Positions 36,765-49,576 of a stretch of 64,000 nt of DNA are shown here, piece after piece (the first letter of the stretch is position 1; every line of letters starts with the position of its first letter). The stretch is from Sideroxyarcus sp. (GTDB lineage: Bacteria > Pseudomonadota > Gammaproteobacteria > Burkholderiales > Gallionellaceae), in assembly GCA_030652215.1 (NCBI GenBank), contig JAUSBC010000014.1, positions 754-64,753 of the forward strand, given 5' to 3'. A program made the translations under genes and the position numbers. Below the pieces are notes generated by a model. That model made no database searches. It had not been told where the DNA came from and was given only the letters and a program-made list of their open reading frames with translations.

Positions 36765-37748
36765 ATGAAAGCTCCAATCCGTGTAGCAGTCACCGGCGCA
36801 GCAGGCCAAATCGGTTACAACTTATTGTTCCGTATCGCTAATGGTGACATGCTCGGTCGCGACCAGCCGATCATTCTGCAACTGCTGGACATCGCGCCCG
36901 CACAGCAGGCCTTGAACGGCGTGGCGATGGAACTGGATGACTGCGCATTCCCCCTGCTCAAGCAAGTGATTACCACTGACGATCCGCGCGTAGCATTCCG
37001 CGATGTCGAGGTCGCTCTGCTGGTCGGCGCGCGTCCGCGCGGCAAGGGCATGGAACGCAAGGACCTGCTGGAAGCCAACGGTGCGATCTTCTCCGTACAG
37101 GGCAAGGCGCTGAACGAAGTCGCTTCGCGCAACGTCAAGGTGCTGGTCGTGGGCAACCCCGCCAACACCAACGCACTCATCGCACAAAAGAACGCACCCG
37201 ACATCGACCCGAAGAACTTCACCGCCATGATGCGCCTGGACCACAACCGTGCCGTCAGCCAGGTCGGTCTCAAATTGAACAAGCCCACCATCGACATCAA
37301 GAAAATGGTCGTGTGGGGCAACCACTCCAGCACACAATATCCCGACCTGTCGCACTCCGAAGTCGGCGGCCGCAAGGTACTGGACGAGTTGAAGGACCAC
37401 GACTGGATCGCCAGCACCTTCGTGCCCACCGTGCAAAAGCGCGGCGCAGCCATCATCGAGGCACGCGGCCTGAGCAGTGCGGCAAGCGCCGCCAATGCGG
37501 CCGTTGGGCATGTCCGCGACTGGTTGCTGGGCACGCCGGAAGGCGACTGGGTCTCCATGGGCATCCCTTCCGACGGCAGCTACGGCATTCCCGAGGGCGT
37601 GCTGTACGGCTTCCCCGTCACCTGCAGCAACGGCACTTACAAGATCGTGCAAGGCCTGACGATCACCGACACCGGCCGCAAGCACATGATGGAAAGCTAC
37701 AACGAGTTGCTGGGCGAGCGCCAGATGGTGACCCATCTGTTGGGTTAA
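36765..37748 (+). CDS. mdh: Malate dehydrogenase
   Basis: [26 protein letters not shown]; GAGGT RBS. Confidence 0.97.
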   Translation: MKAPIRVAVTGAAGQIGYNLLFRIANGDMLGRDQPIILQLLDIAPAQQALNGVAMELDDCAFPLLKQVITTDDPRVAFRDVEVALLVGARPRGKGMERKDLLEANGAIFSVQGKALNEVASRNVKVLVVGNPANTNALIAQKNAPDIDPKNFTAMMRLDHNRAVSQVGLKLNKPTIDIKKMVVWGNHSSTQYPDLSHSEVGGRKVLDELKDHDWIASTFVPTVQKRGAAIIEARGLSSAASAANAAVGHVRDWLLGTPEGDWVSMGIPSDGSYGIPEGVLYGFPVTCSNGTYKIVQGLTITDTGRKHMMESYNELLGERQMVTHLLG

Positions 37749-37755
37749 GCCGTCA

Positions 37756-37856
37756 TTTGCAGGGCATCGTCAGTCCGATGCCCTGCAAAGAAACAGAAAA
37801 CGCATCACGATTAAATCTGCAAATTGAAAATGGCCGCTTAGCGGCCATTTTCAATT
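37756..37856. terminator. Two hairpins between convergent mdh and icd
   Basis: TTTGCAGGGCATCG/CGATGCCCTGCAAA (37756-37789) and AATTGAAAATGGCCGC/GCGGCCATTTTCAATT (37822-37856). Confidence 0.75.
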
Positions 37857-37882
37857 CCTGCTGCAGTTAATCCGGCTTCGGA

Positions 37883-40144
<2,262 letters not shown>

Positions 40145-40425
40145 TCAGGGCCGGCACCGGCTTGCGGACAAGTGAAACATCGGAATGAACGCAGGATTCA
40201 CGTCCCTCGCCAGCGACCCGACGCTGAATTTGCGCCTGCGTTTGCGGCTACATGCGATTCAACCGCAACTTTTTAATATTGACGCAGAACACGCTATTTG
40301 TCACGCCGATAGCAGCCGACGCAGCCGCTGGCCGCAAAATTCATAATCACTATTGTTTGGAAATTCGCTGGAACTGGATTGCGGAAGCTGGCGCGCAAGC
40401 GCAGCATAATCGACTGGCGGAGGGT

Positions 40426-40617
40426 TTAGTCGGGGTCCTGGAACACGGGGGATTCGGCGCGCTCCACGTAGTGTTCGCATACATCCTCAAACCCCGCATC
40501 CATCACGCCCAAAATGGCGGTGCATAGCACCCTGCTTGCATCGTCGCGCATGCGGATGGTCTTGCCGCATTTGCCGCATGTCCGGGATGCCGTGTCTTTA
40601 TTGGAACCTGCTTTCAA
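40426..40617 (-). CDS. Small Cys-rich hypothetical protein (possible Zn/Fe binding)
   Basis: 63 aa with CGKC..C..C; AGGAG RBS 6 nt before TTG start. Confidence 0.5.
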   Translation of the reverse strand: MKAGSNKDTASRTCGKCGKTIRMRDDASRVLCTAILGVMDAGFEDVCEHYVERAESPVFQDPD

Positions 40618-40869
40618 CTTCGCTCCTGTATCGCCTGGTGGACTTGCTCGTGCAAATCATGCGTATGCACGCTTTTGCGGAATGGCAGCAAAGTCCATGC
40701 CACTCAAGCGGGAAATCGGGGCACTGTTGATAAAGAAGATTTTTGCGCCAGACTGGCGTAAAGAGTCGTTATCTGACCGCTTGGCGACACGCATGTTGAG
40801 CGCCCGTCACTCAGAATGCCTTGATTCTTCGCCGTCAGCCGCCATATTGGAAAAATAGAGGAGACAGCC

Positions 40870-41670
40870 ATGCCTACCGTACGCCCTCCTGCCGTCGCAG
40901 GTATGTTTTATCCCGCCGATCCGCAACAACTTGCCGGCGAAGTGCGGGGATTTCTGGCTGCGGCCAGTTCGCAGGCTTTGTACCCCAAGGCATTGATCGT
41001 GCCGCATGCGGGTTACGTCTATTCCGGGGCGATTGCGGCAAGCGCCTATGCCACGCTGAAGGCCACTGCACCGCAGATTCGCCGCGTGGTGCTGCTCGGC
41101 CCCACCCATCGTGTCGCCGTGCGCGGCTTGGCCTTGCCGGACGCCGAGGCATTCGACACACCGCTGGGACGGGTAATGCTCGATTCGGCAGCAATGCGCG
41201 CTATTGCGCGGTTGCCGCAAGTCAGTATCAACAGCGAAGCGCATGCGCTCGAACACTCGCTGGAAGTACAACTACCTTTCCTGCAAAGCGTACTGGACGA
41301 CTTCACCCTGGTGCCGCTGGCGGTAGGCATGGCCACCGCGCAGGAAGTGGCCGAAGTGCTGGAGGCCGTCTGGGGCGGCGCAGAGACACTGATCGTGATC
41401 AGCTCCGATCTGTCGCATTACCTGCCCTATGCCGCTGCACAGATTGCCGATGCCAAGACCGCCGAGGACATTATCCGGTTGCGCCAGCTCGCCGATCACG
41501 AACAGGCCTGCGGCAGCATCCCGATCAGCGGCATGATCGTCGCAGCGCACACGCACGGTCTCGTCCCGCATCTGCTTGATCTGCGAAACTCCGGAGACAC
41601 TGCGGGGTCACATCATAAAGTGGTCGGATATGCGGCGTTTGCTTTTACCCGCGCCGATCACACGGATTAA
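40870..41670 (+). CDS. amrB: AmmeMemoRadiSam system protein B (MEMO1 family)
   Basis: RPPAVAGMFYP, PHAGYVYSG, EHSLEVQLPFLQ, SSDLSHY. Confidence 0.93.
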   Translation: MPTVRPPAVAGMFYPADPQQLAGEVRGFLAAASSQALYPKALIVPHAGYVYSGAIAASAYATLKATAPQIRRVVLLGPTHRVAVRGLALPDAEAFDTPLGRVMLDSAAMRAIARLPQVSINSEAHALEHSLEVQLPFLQSVLDDFTLVPLAVGMATAQEVAEVLEAVWGGAETLIVISSDLSHYLPYAAAQIADAKTAEDIIRLRQLADHEQACGSIPISGMIVAAHTHGLVPHLLDLRNSGDTAGSHHKVVGYAAFAFTRADHTD

Positions 41671-41686
41671 CAGGAGGTATCGAAGC

Positions 41687-42244
41687 GTGTCGATTGAAGA
41701 ACGAGGAAAAATATTACTTGCGATTGCGCGTGCCGCGATTGCGCGCGCACTGAATATTTCGCATACGGCGGACGAAACGACACCATGGCTGGAAGAGCAT
41801 GGCGCCTGCTTCGTCACGCTTACCCAATACGGGGAGTTGCGCGGCTGCATAGGCACGTTGCAGGCCCATCGACCCCTGCTTTCCGATATCAAGAGCAACG
41901 CCGTATCGGCCGCTTTGCGCGACCCGCGATTCGTACCGCTGACAGCCGAAGAATTCGACTTCACTTGTGTCGAAATTTCACTGCTGACGGTATGCGAGCC
42001 GATGACAATCCGGCACGAGGCAGATGCGATGGCGCAATTGCGGCCCGGTATCGACGGCGTGATATTCGAGTACGGCCTGCAGTACCGCAGCACGTTTTTG
42101 CCGCAGGTATGGGAACAATTGCCCGAACCGCACCAATTCATGGCCCACCTCAAACGCAAGGCGGGATTGCCCGACAACTTCTGGGCGGAGGGCGTAAAGC
42201 TGTCGCGCTACACCGTCACCAAATGGCGCGAACAGGATTGCTAA
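41687..42244 (+). CDS. amrA: AmmeMemoRadiSam system protein A (AMMECR1 family), copy 1
   Basis: FVTL..LRGCIG, DPRF, STFLPQVW, KAG; AGGAGG RBS before GTG. Confidence 0.92.
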   Translation: MSIEERGKILLAIARAAIARALNISHTADETTPWLEEHGACFVTLTQYGELRGCIGTLQAHRPLLSDIKSNAVSAALRDPRFVPLTAEEFDFTCVEISLLTVCEPMTIRHEADAMAQLRPGIDGVIFEYGLQYRSTFLPQVWEQLPEPHQFMAHLKRKAGLPDNFWAEGVKLSRYTVTKWREQDC

Positions 42245-42296
42245 CCCGGGCGAGGCGACAGGCATGCCGCGCTCGCCTTCAGCAAGGAGAATGATC

Positions 42297-42903
42297 ATGG
42301 CGGACTTGAACAGAGGACAGACGCTGCTGCACCTGGCGCGTGCAGCCATTGGCAAGGAACTCGGCTTTCTTTCGCATGAACTGCCGCATGTCGCTTGGCT
42401 GGAAGAGCCGGGGGCGACGTTCGTCACGCTGACACTGCGCGGAAAAATGCGCGGCTGCGTTGGTAGCCTCGAAACAACCAGGCCACTCATTGAGGACGTG
42501 CGTAAAAACGCCGTCGCGGCCGCTTTTCACGATCCGCGTTTTGCACCGCTCACCAAAGCTGAATTCGCCGAGGCGGTCATCGATGTGGCACTGCTTAGCA
42601 CGCATGAAACGCTTCGCTGCGGCAGCGAGCAGGAAGCGCTCGCACAACTGAATCCGGGGCTGGACGGCGTGGTACTGGAATACAACCCGGCAGGCGCTTC
42701 CGCCAAAACGCCCGACGAACATCCCAGAAAGGCGACTTTCCTGCCGCATGCCTGGATCGACTTGCCGGACCCGCGGGCATATCTTGCGCATCTCAAGAGC
42801 CAGGCGGGACTGGACGAGGACTTCTGGTCTGAGGACATCCGGCTGTCGCGCTTCAACGTGCGTAAGTGGCGCGAAGGCGGACGCCGCGAAGGCGAAGAAC
42901 AAC

Positions 42904-42911
<8 letters not shown>
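42297..42911 (+). CDS. amrA: AMMECR1-family protein, copy 2
   Basis: FVTL..MRGCVG, DPRF, ATFLPHAW; AAGGAG RBS. Confidence 0.88.
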
Positions 42912-43992
<1,081 letters not shown>

Positions 43993-44004
43993 CCGCGACA
44001 ACGA

Positions 44005-45444
44005 TCAATCGCGGTACCTCTCTGCGATCTCCACAAACTGATGCTGTATTTCCAGATAGGCATCGACCACGTCGGGATCGAAGTGCTTGCCACGGCCTTC
44101 GACGATGACGGTGGTGACTTCGTCGTGCGCGATGGCAGATTTATACACGCGGCGGCAGGACATGGCGTCGTACACATCCGCCAGCGCCATTAGCCGCGCA
44201 GGGATGGGAATGCTTTCTCCGCTCAGCCCAGCGGGATAACCGCTGCCATCCCATTTTTCGTGATGGCTCATTGCAATCTGGCATGCCACCTCAAGAAAAG
44301 TGCTGGAAATGTCCAGGCCGGCCACGGCCGATGCAAAGGCATTGCCGCCCAGTGCAGCATGGGTCTTCATGATCTCGAACTCTTCCTCGGTCAGCCTGCC
44401 GGGCTTGTGCAATATGTTGTCGGGAATGCCAACCTTACCCACATCGTGCAGCGGCGCGATCTTGTACAACAGGGTGATATTCTCGTCCGTCAGGAAATCG
44501 TTGAAGCGCGGATGGGCTTTCAATTTGGTGGCGAGCGCCCGAATGTAGTTTTGCGTGCGGCGTATGTGGTTCCCTGTCTCGTTGTCGCGGGTTTCCGCCA
44601 GGGAAGATAGCGCAACGATGGTCGTATCCTTGATCAGTTCGTTCTCCTGAGTCCGCTGCAGGAGTTCCGCAGTGCGCATCTGTACTTTTTGTTCCAGCTT
44701 GGACTCGTTGTTGCGCAGCTCATTGTTGGTCAGTTCGAGTTTTCTTCTGGCTTCCTCGATTTCCGCCTTGTGCGCCGTCAATTGCTGCAGCAGCTCGATA
44801 TTCTCGAAGCGCTGGGTCAGGGACAACATGAACGTCTTGTTCAATTCCCGGCCCGCCACCAAAACCACCAGCAGGAACACGACCAGCATGATCGCAAGGA
44901 TGGAATGGATGAAATCATTTATCACCACCACACGGCCAATCAGCGGAAACATGATGCCGAATACGTACACATACAGCGAAGGAGGGTGAATCGGATTCAT
45001 CGTGACCGCGCCCGCAACCAGCCCGAGCATGATGCAGATCATCAGCCCCTGATAGCCGATGTCGGCTGGAAAGAACAGCACGGCTGCCGCGCCCCACATG
45101 ATTCCGGCGGAAAATGCGAATAGAGTGAAGTGCAAGTGCAAATTCCTGCACTCGCGGATAGTTCTCAGTTTATTTTTGTGCGCGAACCAGTGCACAACCT
45201 CTGTTGCATGCAGCGCGTAAAAACAGGCCAGCCACAACAGCAGAAAACCGTGCGAGGCATAGTCCCAGAACAACCAGACAAACAACGGCTGCAGGATGAG
45301 CTGACTGCCGATGAGCGGCGGATACATCGCTTCCCGGATACCCAACTGCTCGATACGCACATTGAGATTATCCGGACCGACGCGAAAGGCAAAACCACCC
45401 AGCCTGGCAGGTGACAACAAACGGTTTATGAATGCGATGTCCAT
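44005..45444 (-). CDS. Membrane-anchored HD-GYP c-di-GMP phosphodiesterase
   Basis: Several N-terminal TM helices, coiled coil, ETGNH, LHDVGK, HHEKWDGSGYP. Confidence 0.9.
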   Translation of the reverse strand: MDIAFINRLLSPARLGGFAFRVGPDNLNVRIEQLGIREAMYPPLIGSQLILQPLFVWLFWDYASHGFLLLWLACFYALHATEVVHWFAHKNKLRTIRECRNLHLHFTLFAFSAGIMWGAAAVLFFPADIGYQGLMICIMLGLVAGAVTMNPIHPPSLYVYVFGIMFPLIGRVVVINDFIHSILAIMLVVFLLVVLVAGRELNKTFMLSLTQRFENIELLQQLTAHKAEIEEARRKLELTNNELRNNESKLEQKVQMRTAELLQRTQENELIKDTTIVALSSLAETRDNETGNHIRRTQNYIRALATKLKAHPRFNDFLTDENITLLYKIAPLHDVGKVGIPDNILHKPGRLTEEEFEIMKTHAALGGNAFASAVAGLDISSTFLEVACQIAMSHHEKWDGSGYPAGLSGESIPIPARLMALADVYDAMSCRRVYKSAIAHDEVTTVIVEGRGKHFDPDVVDAYLEIQHQFVEIAERYRD

Positions 45445-45568
45445 CTAATGCTCCGAACTGAACCATGGGTTCGTCGTTGTCGGGCGTTGATTCTGCTGCC
45501 CAATGCCCTACAGCGCAATATGCAGAACTGCCTATATACTTACCTTACCTTTGAAGACACCCGCACTA

Positions 45569-46864
45569 TCACTCCACTACCCTAACCAGCGCAACCCCCC
45601 CGCCGGGCGTGCGGAAATTGGTGGTCTGCCCCTGATACAGCCGCGCGGCGATCAACTGGATGCTGCCGTCGTAAACGTAACAACGCACATCGTACTTCAA
45701 CAATTGCGGCTCCAGCCCGGCCGGGCACACTTTGCGCTCTCCCGGCAAAGCCAGTCGCTGCGCGATGTAGTCCGCCTGCATGATCTCCTCGAACACGCGC
45801 TTGGTCAGCTTGTCGCCGCGATACGCCCCCTTGCTGCCGTAGCCGCTCACCGGCTTGAAGAACCACTGCTTGCGCTCTGCCCACCATTGCGCGGCATCCG
45901 CCGAATCGACGATCTTCGTTTGCGGAACGCCCGCGGACAGCGCGTCGATTCCGGTTTGCGACACTCCTTGCGCCCGCAAGGCTGCGGGATCGGAAAACAA
46001 CGCCAGCTTGCGCTTGTCCGCATACTGCTGATGGTGTGCGGGGTTCGGCGTCAGCACGACCTGCCGCTTTTCCCATGCCGAGCGGAGGTGCGGATACTGC
46101 TGCAATGAGAAATCGGTGAGGCGGTTATAGACCAGATCGACTCGTTGCCCCTCGCAGTACAGCCCGTCATCGCGCGCCTGCAACGCGGACGGATCGGCGA
46201 TGAACGCAGCGATGCCCGCGCGACCGAACATCTTCTGTGCCAGCAAGAACTCGGGATACAGGTATTGCGCTTCGGGTTGCTCGTCCACGATGGCGATGGT
46301 CTTGAGCGGCACAGCGCCGTGTACCAGCCGCCACTCGTTGCGGAACATCTCGATGAATGCCTGCTCTAGATCGATTTCAGTTCGTACTGAGCTTGTCGAA
46401 GCATGAACGGGGACCGCGCCATACAGCGTCGCTTCACGCTGACTATCGAGCAGCAGTGCATTGAGAAAGGCGCCGCCTGCATTGGTATTGACCTCGATCA
46501 GGTGCGCGCCCTGCTCGTTCAGGTGGAAGTCGTAGCCGTAGAACACGCCCAGACATGTCCCCTCCATCCCCCTTCCCTCTTCCCCCTTCTCGTCCTGCAC
46601 CACCTCTTCCACCGCCGCAATCACCGCCTTCATCTGCTGCAACTGCATCTCGGTGATAAATACCGGTGCTGCCGCGAACACATGCGGGCAACGCTCCTTC
46701 ACCAATCCGTACCAGTCGTCACCCTGTGCGTGCAGCGCCTGCTGCAGCGCCTCGCCATCCATCCCCGCCCAGTCGAGGCATTCCCCGTTCAGGTGCGCGA
46801 TGAAATCATGATCCACATCGAAATGATCCTTCTTCGTTTCCAAATGCTCTGCCAAATCAACCAC
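45569..46864 (-). CDS. Hypothetical ATP-grasp-like (GSP-synthase-like) ligase
   Basis: GYDFHL..LIEVNTNAGG, KPVSGYGSKG, DVRCYVY resemble ATP-grasp nucleotide/metal motifs; family assignment is inferred. Confidence 0.6.
   Translation of the reverse strand: MVDLAEHLETKKDHFDVDHDFIAHLNGECLDWAGMDGEALQQALHAQGDDWYGLVKERCPHVFAAAPVFITEMQLQQMKAVIAAVEEVVQDEKGEEGRGMEGTCLGVFYGYDFHLNEQGAHLIEVNTNAGGAFLNALLLDSQREATLYGAVPVHASTSSVRTEIDLEQAFIEMFRNEWRLVHGAVPLKTIAIVDEQPEAQYLYPEFLLAQKMFGRAGIAAFIADPSALQARDDGLYCEGQRVDLVYNRLTDFSLQQYPHLRSAWEKRQVVLTPNPAHHQQYADKRKLALFSDPAALRAQGVSQTGIDALSAGVPQTKIVDSADAAQWWAERKQWFFKPVSGYGSKGAYRGDKLTKRVFEEIMQADYIAQRLALPGERKVCPAGLEPQLLKYDVRCYVYDGSIQLIAARLYQGQTTNFRTPGGGVALVRVVE
46378..46411. 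repeat. Short palindromic element inside CDS
   Basis: GTTCGTACTGAGCTTGTCGAAGCATGAAC imperfect hairpin encoding VHASTSSVRT. Confidence 0.6.
46564..46591. repeat. Degenerate heptamer tandem repeat x4 inside CDS
   Basis: CCATCCC CCTTCCC TCTTCCC CCTTCTC. Confidence 0.6.
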
Positions 46865-47426
46865 CCAGCATCGCTTTCTTCAGGTCATCCTGAGCAGGTT
46901 TGTTACCCAACCATATCTTGAGCAAAGCACGATTGAATGCCGCCCCCGCAATCGTGCCGCGCGCCGCGCCGTTCACGCTGATTTGCGTGCCGCTGGCAGG
47001 CAGATAGTCGAGCGCGATCACGTCGCCCGGCTTCACTTCCTTCACCGCATTGAAAATCTGCGCCATCTCCTTGAGCTGCCCATCCAGTGCGCCCAGCTCT
47101 TCCTTCGTATGGTTCGCCTCGATGGCCTCGTTGAAGGCATTGAGCAACTTCTCGCTGCTCAGATCGCGCATGATATGCAAATCCACGCGATGCTCGCGCT
47201 CGTCGGCGATGATCGCCTCGGCCGAAGCCTGCTTCTGCGGAAGATACAGCGCACTGACGTATATCTTGAAGAACAGCTTGGTGCGAATACCCGCGCCGTT
47301 CAGTTGAAGACTCGCACTCCCGACCTGGGCAGTATCGGGCAATTTCACGCCGGCCACTTCCAATGCGCTTGCGTTCCAGCTCAACAACAAACCACAGGCT
47401 ACCGCCAAAATTCTTTTCATTTCCAT
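46857..47426 (-). CDS. Secreted chalcone-isomerase-fold protein
   Basis: Signal peptide; LNGAGIRTKLFFKIYVSALY; IWLGNKP..LKKAMLG. Confidence 0.85.
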   Translation of the reverse strand: MEMKRILAVACGLLLSWNASALEVAGVKLPDTAQVGSASLQLNGAGIRTKLFFKIYVSALYLPQKQASAEAIIADEREHRVDLHIMRDLSSEKLLNAFNEAIEANHTKEELGALDGQLKEMAQIFNAVKEVKPGDVIALDYLPASGTQISVNGAARGTIAGAAFNRALLKIWLGNKPAQDDLKKAMLGG

Positions 47427-47434
47427 CCTCTCCT

Positions 47435-48634
47435 TTACAGTGCTTCAAAAATTCCTGCCGCCCCCATGCCCGTCCCGATGCACATCGTCACCATGCCGTA
47501 CTTCTGCTTCCTGCGACGCAAGCCATGCATCAAAGTCGCCGTACGTATCGCCCCCGTCGCCCCCAGCGGATGGCCCAAGGCAATGGCCCCGCCCAGCGGA
47601 TTCACGATCTCGGGATTCAACCCCAAATCGCCGATCACCGCCAGCGACTGCGCGGCGAATGCCTCGTTGAGCTCAATCCAGCCGATATCCTGCAAACTCA
47701 GGCCGACCTGCTTCAGCACACGCGGAATCGCCTCTTTCGGTCCTATACCCATGATCTCCGACGGCACGCCCGCCACGCTGAAGCCGAGGAACTTGCCGAT
47801 GGGAGTCAGATTGTAACGTTTCAGCGCCGCCTCGGAACACAGCAGCACCGCACCCGCCCCGTCCGACATCTGCGAACTGTTGCCCGCCGTGACCGAGCCT
47901 TTCTGAGCAAACACCGTCTTGAGTTTGCCCAAGGCCTCCAGCGACGAATCTGCACGCGGCCCCTCATCCTGCTTCACTTCACGCGTCTTCGTCATCACTT
48001 CGCGGCTGTGCATATCCGGCACATGCTCGGTGATCAGGTACGGCGTAATCTCGTCCTCGAACTCGCCGTTATTGATCGCCGCGATGGCGCGCAAATGGCT
48101 CTGCAGCGCAAATGCATCCTGTGCCTCGCGCGAAATCTTCCAGCGCTCCGCCACCTTCTCCGCCGTCAGCCCCATGCCGTAGGCGATACCGTAATGCTCG
48201 TTCTGCTCGAAAATGGCCGGATTGAACGCGATCTTGTTGCCCATCATCGGCACCATGCTCATGCTCTCCACACCCGCCGCGATCATTACCTCGGCCTCGC
48301 CCAGACGGATGCGATCCGCCGCCAGCGCCACCGCCTGCACGCCGGAAGAACAGAAACGGTTCACCGTCAGCCCCGGCACCGTGTTCGGAATCCCCGCCAG
48401 CAGCAGCGAAATGCGCGCCACATTCATCCCCTGCTCCGCCTCCGGCATCGCACAGCCCACGATCACATCCCCGATGCTGGCCGGATCAAGCGAAGGCGCC
48501 TGCGCCAGCACGCTCTTCAGCACATGCGCCAGCAGATCGTCGGGACGCGTGTTGCGGAACATGCCGCGCGGCGCCTTGCCGACCGGCGTGCGGGTGGCGG
48601 CGACGATGTAGGCTTCCTGGACTTGTTTGGTCAT
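47435..48634 (-). CDS. fadA: Acetyl-CoA C-acyltransferase (thiolase)
   Basis: NRFCSSG, NEAFA, GHPLGATG, CIGTGMG. Confidence 0.93.
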   Translation of the reverse strand: MTKQVQEAYIVAATRTPVGKAPRGMFRNTRPDDLLAHVLKSVLAQAPSLDPASIGDVIVGCAMPEAEQGMNVARISLLLAGIPNTVPGLTVNRFCSSGVQAVALAADRIRLGEAEVMIAAGVESMSMVPMMGNKIAFNPAIFEQNEHYGIAYGMGLTAEKVAERWKISREAQDAFALQSHLRAIAAINNGEFEDEITPYLITEHVPDMHSREVMTKTREVKQDEGPRADSSLEALGKLKTVFAQKGSVTAGNSSQMSDGAGAVLLCSEAALKRYNLTPIGKFLGFSVAGVPSEIMGIGPKEAIPRVLKQVGLSLQDIGWIELNEAFAAQSLAVIGDLGLNPEIVNPLGGAIALGHPLGATGAIRTATLMHGLRRRKQKYGMVTMCIGTGMGAAGIFEAL

Positions 48635-48786
48635 GACTTCCTCCCAATCAACTACTGTTCGAGATTCTCAATTCAAGAATTGAGAATGAGCTGAAGAAAA
48701 CTCGATGCACATCTATTAATTCGCAATTCGCGAAATGCGAAAACCCCGCTTATTCAATACGTTTGCAACAAACCGCAGGCCACCCC

Positions 48787-48834
48787 GTAGGTCGGGTTCA
48801 CCCCAAAGGGTACAAGAGCGCAGCGTAACCCGAC
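48787..48834 (+). repeat. GTAG-type REP carrying an 18-nt insertion
   Basis: GTAG-GTCGGGTT[CACCCCAAAGGGTACAAG]AGCGCAGCGTAACCCGAC, compared with the intact copy at 58109-58138. Confidence 0.85.
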
Positions 48835-48841
48835 ACCCATC

Positions 48842-49378
48842 TCATTCATGCCCAATCCCCTCAAACTCCACCTGCCCCCGTCCCCAATCCGCATCATATA
48901 TTCCGGCCTCGACATACCTCCGAAAACTGGAATGGGGCCACGCAATCGGGGAATTCGCATATCCGTGCTTAACCGGATTGTAATGAACATACTCCACATG
49001 TCTCTCGAAATCCCGCTCGTCCCGCAGCATGTGCTCCCAATAACGATGCTGCCACAGTGTCTGCTCCCGCCGCTTCGTTTGGCTGGCGTTTGGCATGGAA
49101 CGCAACGCCGGGTCGCAATGCTTGGTGAACCATGTTTTTATCAGCCTCCAGCGAATGGCGAAATCCGCATCGTCCGGCGGCAACGTCCAGATGCAATGCA
49201 AGTGATCCGGCAAAACCACAATCGCATCCAGTTCAAACGGACGGGAGGTTCGCACGGAACGAAATGCCGACCGCAACACATCCACCGCCTCCGTCGAGGC
49301 AAATATCGGCCGCCGTTTCTCCGTCACCAATGTGAAGAAGAATGAGCCGCCCTCAACGAATGCGCGCCGGTATCTCAT
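48842..49378 (-). mobile_element. rayT: REP-associated tyrosine transposase (RAYT/TnpA-REP)
   Basis: FFTLVT, HUH motif LPDHLHCIW, WQHRYWEH..RD, YVHYNPVKHG; REPs on both sides. Confidence 0.92.
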
Positions 49379-49412
49379 CGCAGCCTCGACTTCGTATATC
49401 GCCAATATCCCC

Positions 49413-49493
49413 GTAGGTCGGGTTAGGCCGCAGGCCGTAACCCGACTGAGCGAGGAACAAACTGTCGGGTTACGCTACGCTAACCCGACCTAC
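49413..49493. repeat. REPIN (inverted REP doublet) upstream of the RAYT gene
   Basis: GTAGGTCGGGTTA...TAACCCGAC, spacer, GTCGGGTTACGCTACGCTAACCCGACCTAC. Confidence 0.9.
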
Positions 49494-49576
49494 GGGACTC
49501 TATCCAAACGCGAAGAACATTAGTTGTAATCGTCACAATTAAGCCCCTCCCTTCTTGCCAACGCAGCCTTAAGGTT

